Below, one piece after another: positions 50,870-64,000 of a stretch of DNA of 64,000 nt (its first letter is position 1; every line of letters begins with the position of its first letter). The position numbers and the translations under genes are program-made. Under the pieces are notes generated by a model. The model saw only the letters and a list, made by a program, of their open reading frames with translations, was not told the origin of the DNA and searched no databases. Source of the DNA: Syncephalis fuscata S228 (lineage: Eukaryota > Fungi > Zoopagomycota). The stretch is taken from the NCBI GenBank assembly GCA_025786725.1, contig JAHLTZ010000026.1:62001-126000 (forward strand), in the 5' to 3' direction.

Positions 50870-52285
50870 TTAAGTTTCCCAAATTGTTATATTGCTTATG
50901 ATATTGCCGCTATCGCTGTTATCATCATCATCGCCGTCTACAAGTAAATTCAGTTTTCTTTTAGCTTGTCCATTCCTCTCATTTTGTACATGAGTCATAT
51001 CAATCTTTGGAAGTTGCTCTGGAGGTGTCGGTCGTGGCTGATTTTGAAAGAAGAATGAAGTAAAGCCTAACAATTTATTAGCAAAACTTGCATTGTATTA
51101 CGCAAGTTTGACAAAACTTACCTGACGAGCAGTCAAGCGTTTTGTTGGATCAAAGCGCAACATTCCCGCCATCAAATCCAATGCATCTTGTCCAGCAGCT
51201 GAAAACAAAGATCTTAATGGCTGTTTTGGATAGGGACGATATTGGATGTATTGAGGTAGCTGACTAACTCCCTAAATGTATATTACTGTTAGCTACAGTG
51301 TGTACCATCTATAGCGTGTGCCGCTAAACTTACTGGCCAATCCGTCTCTGTAGGTGTACCCAGCGCCTTAAAGATAAGATCCAGTTGCTGCATCTCACTA
51401 TCTCCTGGCAAATAAGGCGTGCGCAACATCAATTCGGCAAAGATGCAGCCTACAGACCACATATCCACGGCAGCTCCATAGTCACGAGCACCAAAAAGTA
51501 GTTCTGGTGCGCGATACCATCTAATAAATACGTAAAAAAATTAGTGCAGCTACTAACAGTTAATTTCGGTATTATTACAAAGTAACAACTTGGGATGTCA
51601 TACGGCCCACTGCATTTAAATCGGCATAGTCCCGAGCAAGACCAAAATCAGCAATCTTTAGCTGGCCTGTTGAAGACAATAGTAAATTGTTTGGCTTCAT
51701 ATCCTAATTATATTACAGTCAGAATTGCGGCAGTCTATTGCTGATAAACTGACCCGGTGTACAATCCAGTTTCTGTGGCAATGATCTATCCCGTGTAAAG
51801 TCATAAGCATCCAGCTTTTAATGTTGGCCGCCGTAAATACAATTGATCGATCCTTGATAATCTGCTCCAGATCCGAGTCCAAATACTCTAATACCAAATT
51901 CAAATTACCCTTATGGGCATAAACATCTAATAGCTGTGTTTTGAATTAATAAATAAACAGCTTTAACATTTCAATAGGACCTACTTCCAATACATTTGGA
52001 TGACGCAACTCCTGCAGCGCTTTAATCTCTCGCAATGCCGACACATCCAGTCCATCTTTCTGTTGCCGTACTTTAATTTTCTTAATGGCCACCTGCCTAC
52101 TTGTTGCCAATTCAGTGGCTAATTGGCATATATATACACATAGAATTAAACTTTTAAATTCATTTACAAATAACAAGGTACTTGCCTTCATAAACAACGG
52201 CATAGGTACCTTCACCAAGCTTACGCTCTTTGCGGTAGCGTATTTCAGCCCGCCGATTTGCTGTTTCTGGCAGCTCCAGCTCCAT
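50870..52285 (-). CDS. CDK7: TFIIH/CAK cyclin-dependent kinase CDK7 (Kin28/Mcs6)
   Basis: Motifs [61 protein letters not shown] and [10 protein letters not shown]. Confidence 0.94.
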
Positions 52286-52534
52286 TTTGCCTATTTTTTA
52301 AAACAGCCCTGTATTCAAAATATACTATGTTAAATGAAATGTCAATCGCTGCGCCGTAATAGCAATAAGCTGAGATTAGCAAGGAAAGAATGGAAATAAA
52401 CACGCCTCAATACACGGTGAGGTCAAGTCAGTGTAGAGCGAATGGCAAATCATTTAATTAACAATTGTCACATCAGCCCAAATTGTAATTATTAGCTCTT
52501 TTTCTTTTTCTTTTTTATTGCAGATTCATTAATA
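52286..52534. promoter_or_regulatory. Probable bidirectional promoter between CDK7 and the 52535 gene
   Basis: Divergent start codons about 250 bp apart. Confidence 0.5.
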
Positions 52535-53110
52535 ATGTCGTCCAAGCTTGTCAAACAAACACTATTGCTATTGTCTACGAATGCTGGCCCCGATCGCAAA
52601 GAGCAAGGCAAAGGATCAAAATTAAAGCATGACTTAAAGACAAAGCTGTCCAAACGTGTAGTGCACCAGGCTAGCAAGCATGGAATCAAAAAAGAGCGAG
52701 AGCGTCAGAAAAAGCGCTGTGCTATCGGCAATTTGGAACGTGCCGTATATTTGCATCGCACAGCCGATCCACTAGGTAAGATCAGAGTACGAATTTGTTT
52801 GATTTACTAATAGTTGTGATATTTAGATCTCATTCGTAACGAGGAAACGACACAACAACAACGTTTAAAGGAGAATCTTGCTTATTTGAAGAAAAGTTCG
52901 TTTGTTAGCATTAAAGAGGCGAAACTAAGGCAACGGGTAAACAATCTAATAGCTTTAATACTATTGTCTAATTGTTTTATAATATAGGTGATGTCTCGAC
53001 TGAACGAGGAAGCAGCAGCACGACAGAATGAACGCCAGCGTAGTCGTCAACACAAACAGCAACTAGAAGCTGACGCATCTGACGAAGAATGGGCGGCATT
53101 GGATGATTAA
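52535..53110 (+). CDS. Small basic protein, possibly AROS/Rrt14-like nucleolar factor (3 exons)
   Basis: MSSKLVKQTLLLL N-terminus, Lys/Arg-rich body, RLKENLAYL and an acidic end. Two canonical introns. The family call is weak. Confidence 0.55.
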
Positions 53111-53670
53111 CTGATTTATTTTACATTATTATCTCGTTTATAAATTATACGCATTGCATTATGTATTGGAGATTTTAGTCGAATAGTTTATTACACATAG
53201 TATGATATATAGCTAAACAAGTACTAATTTGATTAGTTAAAAATGATTTAATGTTATGCAGATTAGTAATCTCAAACTATTTACATATCGTAGTTTGTTA
53301 ATTAATAGATGTATATATATATAATCATATTGTTAATGATACTGTAATATTATACTTACTGTTATGCTATCTGGTCGATTTGGCATTACTTGATAAATTC
53401 TACCACCATAAGCTATCAAGTATTCAAAATGTGTGTATTTAATAATATGGGTGTACATAATAACTGTGTGTTAATAGATTGAATCAAGTAAAATCATATT
53501 ATAATAAAGCAACAAACATTTATATTGGAAACAAAACGTTTAAATAACTACATGGCATGGCATTACTTACAAGTATCCAGTATGAAATCCCATGTTGGTA
53601 TAACACAATGTGACATATCTACATATCGATAGGCCATAAACGCTGCTTTCTTATCGTTTCATGATTCAGC

Positions 53671-55697
53671 ATGTATTTTTTTATTCATTGGCAATTACTA
53701 TTGCTTCAATTATTCTGGTCTTCAATTGAATTCAACATAGCTGATGCAAAATTAACAGTTCAGTTTGCTGGAAATGCAAGCATAGCTGTTCCAACACTCA
53801 GCCATTTCCTTTATCGGCAGCCTTACTATAAATATGAAGGCAGTGGATTGATATGACCATGGGCTGGTAATCCAGAAGAAGAATGTAGCTTTAGCTTAAC
53901 TAATACGACCAATTCAAACACTATTTCCATGGCTGAAAAGGCATCATTATATTTCGACTTTGCTCTAATGCCTATTATGTCCAACTTGCTAACTAACTGT
54001 AAAACATTAGCACAGATAATTCGTACATAGAAAGTAGTCAAGCACAGATTAACACTGTTTCTAGATAGACTTAGCTGCAAAACAATTGTCAAAACAATTG
54101 GTGCAGATCAGATTTTTAGCCATTAATCTAATTATTGTGATGGGAATCTAATGGTGACGCTCATTATTGGGGACCAAATACGGATGAATACCAATTTACT
54201 AATCCTTAAAAATGCCTGATGGGCCACCTTTAATTACGATAACATTGCTAGATCAATGGGCAAATAACAGAGTACTTTAGTCGGGTGTTTTGCAAAAGAA
54301 GGCATTTCGGTTTATTGCCGAAGAAGGTAGATGCATATGGTATTAATTAATAAGCTACTTAAATAATTATTTTTACAGAACCCGGTCCATGGAATAAATA
54401 TATTTGTCATCTAGATATACTGCATATCAATGGCTTTATTATATTGTAGTAAGCTATCGTTGAATCGCTGGTATTGTTAAAATATTCATAATAATTCCAT
54501 TATAGGTTTTGGGCGCTTTACTATACGGTTATACTCGTATTGTTTTGCTAATTAAATTGAACAAGCTACTACGAGATCTTCGATTAGTCATATTTATAAT
54601 TGCGTCTATTTTCAGTATTGGTAATTAGAAAACAAATGTTACAATTTATGTCCATTTTATTAATATACCCATTATTCTAATAATATCAGTACTCATAATA
54701 CATATTATTATACCAAGTACTTTGTATAAAGGTCAAGTTATAAGTGAAGTTACCATTATGCAGTCATCAATATCATTGGATATGATTCTTTTATATTGGT
54801 GCGTCTAAATTACTATTTATTAGTGGTTTGTTAACTTTGTATAGGCCAATGTATGGCCGAACAGTATTCTCCCGTATGGTAGTGATATGTTTCCGAGGGA
54901 CTATTGCCTTTGACCTGACGCTGGAACCTGCTATATTTATACTCGACGTTGTCCGTATCAACGGAGGATTCATGCAATGGTACGCTGTTAGTCAGTCTAC
55001 TTTGGATTTATATCATACCAATATTTATTCTTATAGACTTTCTTATCTTTGGAAGTTTTGGTAAGTAATGCTGTTTTAACATAGCAGCTATATACTAATA
55101 TTCAAATAGCTATTTGGTTTGGATGGAGTGCTTGGCGAGTACGAAAACATCCTGAACCACGATCTCAATTTAGCCAGGTAAATTAGCTATACTAATAGTA
55201 AGTATATAAATGTTAATATTTGCTATTCTATTTGTTATAGCTGGCATTATTGTCTACATTATCGTCAATTACATTGTTTTTATTGGCACTGAAACTCTAC
55301 TAAACAGTCTCATTTATTTGAGATTCAAACGAAGGACCATTGGAAAAACCGTTGCCATTGCTGTTATCGGCCAGATGCTGCTTGTTGTACGTGTAGTAGT
55401 CTGTCTCGCTATATTAGGTATTCGTTGGCCACGACAGAAGACAACGTAGAACGACCTTCACCACTCAGTAGCATGCCAACCGTACGTGCAGAAGAAACAG
55501 TAAATGAAAAGTCTACTCCTGCGCCAATCAATCAAAATACCGATCCTCAATTGCCATTCACACTATCTAGTCCACCACCACGATTAAATGACCATAATTA
55601 TGGTAGTGATAGTGTTGTTTTATCAGAAACCAAATCAATTAAAGTATTACCAGCTCTTCACAAATCTAGATATCCACAACGAAGCATCTATATCTAG
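53671..55697 (+). pseudogene. Degenerate signal peptide + ectodomain + multi-TM receptor-like gene
   Basis: Signal peptide, then an in-frame TGA at 53854-53856 with coding-like sequence continuing (PWAGNPEEECSF). AEE|EPGPWN motif split by an intron. Hydrophobic exons with further stops and a Ser/Pro-rich tail. Confidence 0.6.
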
Positions 55698-56023
55698 AAA
55701 TTAATCATTTGAATAATTGACATTACACTATATCAATTAATTCAAAGCTTTTAGCCAAGTATTTGTATAAATTATTAATAAATAATACAATAACACGTAC
55801 TTAATACACAGTATTGACGTGTTTGAATGTTACATCAAAAAGTCGAAGCCATATTTGAATTAATAGACTCAGTGGAGTTGAACACACGTGTCGGTCTAAT
55901 TGGTGGTCAGGTCATACAACACGTCTACACGTCTACACGTCCAGTCTACCTCATTCATTCCTTTACTTTCTCTCCACTCCGTATATTACAGCGTTTCTCT
56001 TGTTATTAGCTGTATCTTGCAAG

Positions 56024-57866
56024 ATGGCCGATCCAACACCTAATTCTAATCAGAACGAAAAGCAACCCGCTGAACAAAGCGCGTCAAATCCTACCGAGTC
56101 GTCGGAAACAGTACCCCCAACAGCAGACAATCCTTCAGACCAGCTAAGATCTGCCATAACCAATGATCCTGAAGCGCAAAAGAAACTGGCCGAGCTATTG
56201 TCGCATCTTCAATTGCAGTCACCGATTGGATCAGAGACTAGCAAAGAACACAAGTTTTGGAAAACACAACCAGTACCTCAACATGGTTAGTTTCTTATTA
56301 ATTAATAACAGCGAGTTAAAAGAGCCATACAATGAACTAATTTCAAATGAATATTGAATTGATGTTTAGGCGAGAAAATAACTTCTGAAGGTGCCATTGA
56401 GCCTAAAAGAAATCATGAAGAACTACGTAAAGAACCGTATCCATTGCCTACTAATTTCAAATGGTGTCTACTTGATATTAATCAGAAGGAAGAGGTAATT
56501 ACTTTGATGATGTAAATAACATGTAGCTGATTTATTCTACCATTATTCTAGATGGATGAACTTTATCAGTTACTTGCTGATAATTACGTAGAAGATGACG
56601 ATGCCATGTTTCGATTTGACTATTCACCCGCCTTTCTTGACTGGTAGGTGGCATTAGTAGATAGACATAGTGCGTAATAACCAACACATACATATCTATA
56701 GGGCATTAAAACCACCTGGTTGGGTTGAGGACTGGCACCTTGGTGTTCGAGTAGCTGGTAACAATAAACTTGTTGCTTTTATTAGTGGTATTCCAGTAGA
56801 TTTGCGTATACGCAAAGAGTACGTATACATCGATAACATGTATTGGTAGGATTGATTACTCATTATTAACATTACATAGTACGCAGCGTATCGTTGAAAT
56901 CAACTTCTTGTGTGTACACAAGAAGCTAAGAAGCAAACGATTGGCACCTGTGCTTATTAAAGAAATTACACGACGTGTTCATTTAACAGGTATTTTCCGT
57001 GCTGTCTACACAGCTGGTACTGTTCTACCTCGCCCCACTGCCACTTGCCGGTATGTTTTAAATTACAATAACATTATACAAGTATGTTTATTTTATTGAC
57101 TCGACTATTGCTATTAGTTATTTCCACCGTACATTGAATTGTAAGAAATTAGTGGATATTGGATTTTCACATTTACCACGAGACATGTCGATGAAGCGAA
57201 TGCAACTTCGTCTTTCGTTGCCCAAGGAAACAGGCATACGTGGCTTGCGTTTAATGCGCGAAGAAGATATTACAAAGGTACAAGCATTACTTAATCGATA
57301 CATGAAACGAATGGAATTTTCTGTTGTGTTTAAAACGCCTGACGAAGTGCGCCATTGGCTATTGCCACGAGATGGCGTTGTTTGGACATATGTAGTTGAA
57401 GTAGGTTTAAGCTTTACTATTAGCATTGATATGATTAATATTAATCTATTTATTAGACACCTGAAGGTACTATTACCGATGTAGCCTCTTATTATTCAAT
57501 TCCATCAACGGTAATTGGCCATGCTCACCACAAATCGATGAACGCCGCCTATCAATTCTACTATGCTTCTGATGTTGTATTCCAAGAGGAGGGTGAACAG
57601 CTATTGGGTGACCGTCTACGTGGCTTATTTAAAGATTTGTTGATTAAGGCCAAAGAGGTAAGCGACTACTAGTGTGTATACATAAACTAATAGTGTTTGT
57701 AACTATAGGCCAATTTCGATGTCTTTAACTGTCTTGATCTGTTGGATAACGAGAGATTATTGAGGAACTTAAATTCGGTCCTGGTGATGGTAATTTGAAT
57801 TACTACTTATACAACTGGCGATGCCATGATGTACCACCCAATAAAGTGGGTCTGATTATGCTTTAA
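56024..57866 (+). CDS. NMT1: Glycylpeptide N-tetradecanoyltransferase (N-myristoyltransferase)
   Basis: Motifs [51 protein letters not shown] and [17 protein letters not shown], ending GLIML*. Frameshift near 57755. Confidence 0.97.
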
Positions 57867-58522
57867 TCAGCAATCCCATTTAAATAATAATGATTAGTAA
57901 ATCTATTAAAATAAAGACGATTTCTACACTCTTTATTATTCCACTAATTAAAACTCACTTTTCAGCATAATACCATGGAATAGTAAATGTAAATAACGTT
58001 TTAATTGCGTGGATGTATTTTCAATTGCCTTAAATGGTCATTTGTCCTTAATATTACACATGTCACTCTGCTCATCTGACCTCACACAAACACACACGCA
58101 CACAAATGAATTACACACCTACTATTTACATGCAACATCCTATACGCTTTCTTTCTTCTATTACCTTCTATTCAATCAAGTGGTTACCACATTTGCAAGT
58201 ATATGCGTTGCTATTATTTCTATTTCTTTATCCTACGCTTATAGCCAGCGCTGTTTTTATTATCTGATAGCATTCCTTGTATTCTCCGTTTTTTTCCTTT
58301 TGTTGTTGCTATTGTTTACGAGCTATCCTTTATTGCCTATTTTCCGTGAACGTGTGTGCGTGTCCGGAGTTTCCTTACCGCTCCGCTACTATTTGTATCT
58401 ACGGGGATAGTAGCCTATATCGTATGTTATTCTTGTCTTTTTGCTTACTCGCCTACAAGCAATAACTGCCGTGACTCTGCCCTATTACTACGGCGTTTAT
58501 TACCTATTTGTTCGTCAAGTTC

Positions 58523-61273
58523 ATGGTAAGTAGCATTTAAACGCTCATCCATATGATTATCGTTTTCTAACCGACATGGCACTGTCGTTACTATTCGCTC
58601 CTAGGGCAATAACGTCTCGAGTGATGGCGGCGGTGGCCGAGCACATAGTGCTACCCACACGATAGCCACAACAGGTCGTATTAGTTCGCAGCCAATACAT
58701 CGTCGTACACATTCAAGCTCAAGTGGACGACTTGGTCGGTTTAACTTGTTTAACTCAAGTCGTGGCAATAGCTCGGTCGATTTGGCTCAAACCGATGCTA
58801 GTATGGCAGCCGATATGAGTATGCGTTCAAGTAGCGGTGGCCGATTACCACCAGTACCTGGACGAGGACTATTATTTTCACGTAAAATGCTACGACGACA
58901 AAGTGACGTTCCATTGTCAGTATCAATGCCATTGTCAGCTCGTGATAATCTTGATCGCGTTACTGAAGTGGTCAATGAAAATGGAGACCATGGCATTCAT
59001 AGTGGTGATGATGGCGGTCCATTGACCAGATCATCGACATCACCTCGAGATGATCCAGATTATTCATCGGGTTTTGTTCGTCAGGAACGATCGCACTCTG
59101 AAGGAGTAAGTAGCAGTTTAGTCTATTTAAATAGAACTATTAGTAAATAGTCCAATTATACATTATTACTTAAAATAATAACAACTAGACGGGAATCGTG
59201 ACCATTTCAACTCGAAGGACAACGAGTGAACGTGAAGAAGAACTGGCTATGCTACATCGTATTCGCAAGGTAAGTAATTACAGTAGTCAAGTTTACTAAT
59301 ATATATCTAATGCTTAGTTGTAGTTTTCACCATTAATACCAGATCAACCTGCTAATTACTTTAGTCTTGGCAATTGGTTAACCAATGCAGCAGGTGGAAA
59401 TCATCGCTACATTGAACCAGATAGTATGTATTAATAAACAGAATACAGTAATACACTAGATACTAACTAAGTATCAAATATTAGCGGCTATTGATGAACA
59501 AGCATTATCAGGAACATTTTTAGCTTATCGTTTAAACCAACGCGGATTATGTGAAACTATTGTAGACGTCAGGTAATTGTTTAAACCACAATATTTGATT
59601 TATTAACTTAATTACTAATTAATGAACTATAGCAAGATGTTGTTTCATCAATTAAATTGCTCAATGAGTATGCAGGCCATTCAGAGCAATTGACTGCCTA
59701 TCAGTGTCGAACAACTCGAGGTACTACAGCTATGTTTTCAAAAGAGAGTAAGTCATAGTGATTAGCCTATTTGTAGTTATATTCATTCCTACTTTACAGT
59801 TGCAGGTCTAGAAAGCCAAGTATTAAAAACCCGCGAATTAGTACACGATATTATGCAGACACTAGTCAAATTAAATGATATGCTAGGCAATAATCGCGAA
59901 TTATCTCTAGGATCGAAATCAATGCAAAAGCAATATCCGGCAGTGGCACGTGCTTTTAAGCAAACTGTTGCCACAGAACATCCAGGCGTTATTAATATCG
60001 AGAAGAAGCGATTATCTATTCAACATCGTCGATGGGATCGCTCTTCTGTATTACTTACGGTTAATCCAGTATTGGCTGAGGGAAGTACACATGTTGTTAC
60101 TGCACTAGCCGGTAATGAAACACGTCGACCATTATCACCACAACCATCAAGTGAAATGTCCTCTGCCACTGGACCAAGTATGAGCACAGCTAGATTAAGA
60201 CAATTTGTTCATCATGACAAAATAGCAGTAGTATGATGAGCCAACTGTCCCGTGAAACTACGACAGCACCTATTGCTACATCATCTTCATCGTCGCTGCC
60301 TGGTGTTCTTGAACACCATTGGGCCTCTCCACTTAGATCACCATCTTTCTGGGCCCGATCGATTACACGACGTCCTGTAGAAATGGATACAGCCGATCAG
60401 TCAGATTCAACACTTGATCTACGTCGACAAAATTCAGTACTTTCGGAAAGTTCAGTTGACTTTGATACTATGCTTCAATTGGGCTGTCGACCAACACTGC
60501 CTGAAACCCCTACGCCAAAGCGTAGTGCACCCAGTCTTGCTAATATGGCTCCACCATCATTATCACCGTCAACATCATCGGTATTAACAGCTAAAGAACA
60601 ACATGAAACACGACTAACACGCTCGTTAAATGGACCACCACCCGCATCAGTAGCTTTATTGTCAAGTAAATCATCACAAAATAGAGCAGTACCATATGAC
60701 GCAGTCAATGGACGAAACTCACTAAAAAGACAACGGGCCCGACTAACAACAGCACATACAGATGGTACATTATTTGAAGGTATTCTTCGTAAATTGAATC
60801 TATCCGCAAGTCCAGCCACTGGCAGTGTATTAGCACAAACACTCAGTGATAATACAACTGCCACAACTAATGAAAAGGCACAACGGTCATCTTCGGTGAC
60901 ATTAAGACAACGAACTTCATCGGCAGCATTACGTGGCAGTGAAGCGGCTCAATTAAATACTGCCAAACTGGCCCGTCGTCAACAAAAACAACAAAAACAA
61001 CGTAGCCAAACCAGCTCCTCTACATCAATATGTATGAATTCAAATACGACAACATTATCCTTATCCGATAGTTCTAATAACTATCAACAGGATACCAATA
61101 ATCATTTTAATAATATTGATAATGATACTAATGAACAACAGCAGTCATACATGTTGATGACACAACCTATAACAACAGATAAAGAATCGACAATAATTAC
61201 AACTACACCTATTTCTCGACGACGTACAAAAGGCAAAGTACGTCATGGATTATTTCCACTTATCAATGGATAA
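58523..61273 (+). CDS. BORCS5 (myrlysin/LOH12CR1)-like protein with long Ser/Thr-rich extension
   Basis: ATG|gtaagt..tag|GGC gives MGNNVSS, a myristoylation motif. Also ELAMLHRIRKFSPLI and a helical segment ending TLVKLNDMLGNNREL, like the BORCS5 LNSMLP region. Frameshifts near 59567 and 60220. Confidence 0.6.
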
Positions 61274-61721
61274 TTACACAAAAGTGTAAAGATGCAAAGC
61301 ATTCTATGTAAACAACATTATCATCATTATTGTACTCTTTTAAAAAACTTATTTGCTTCAATCCATTTTAATAAAAGCATTTCATTTTCATTAACACTTT
61401 CATTAACTATACACACAGTTAGAATACACATAACCATGACTGATACGTGTACTAATTGTTCCTGTTCCTTTTTAATAGAACAATAATATAATTGTTGTGG
61501 TTATAATAATGGTGGGATAATAATAGTAATAGTAATAGGAATAATAGGAATATTGTGGTTGTTATGATTGATAATGCAGGTAGTTAAAAATGATAAGCGT
61601 TATATAATATTAAAATGATATATATATATATAGTGTGTGTATGGATAAAAAGTAAGATATACTTTACAGGTGAATGCAAAGAATAGAAACAAATAAAAAA
61701 TAAAAATATATCTTTTTCTTT

Positions 61722-64000
<2,279 letters not shown>

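Noticed and set aside
16805-53856. Stop-codon reassignment suggested by in-frame TAG (16805) and TGA (53854)
   Set aside because: These occur only in degenerate genes. The conserved genes read here have no internal stops apart from those caused by frameshifts, and they end at standard stop codons.

Overview
This is AT-rich, intron-dense eukaryotic DNA with short GT-AG introns and CTAAY branch points. It is an early-diverging fungus. Gene style and lineage-specific families suggest Zoopagomycota (Syncephalis-like), but that is inference. Housekeeping genes include KAP95, an Rrn11/TAF1A-like gene, PAN3, a HECT E3 ligase, PLK4, an ERD1/EXS protein, SURF6/RRP14, PRKRIP1, CPSF5, CDK7, NMT1, a BORCS5-like gene and a PAK/STE20-like kinase. 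An accessory block at about 10.5-27.5 kb holds an F-box gene, a pseudogene, COMT, an ABCG transporter and a hevein-like peptide. The standout is a roughly 2.2 kb degenerate tandem array with a period of about 82 bp (24407-26675). On the minus strand it reads as a chain of spliceosomal introns separated by exons of exactly 3 nt: 26 canonical plus 1 with a damaged acceptor. Spliced between a signal-peptide exon (26769-26676) and a terminal TC-TAA exon (24406-24402), they give a stop-free secreted peptide, MKLSIATVCTIIVVFVATTSMVNATLVLVRR-EMESSFGADATPQNASPGISNPNNPSFF. Many essential genes carry single-base deletions, most likely long-read assembly errors.
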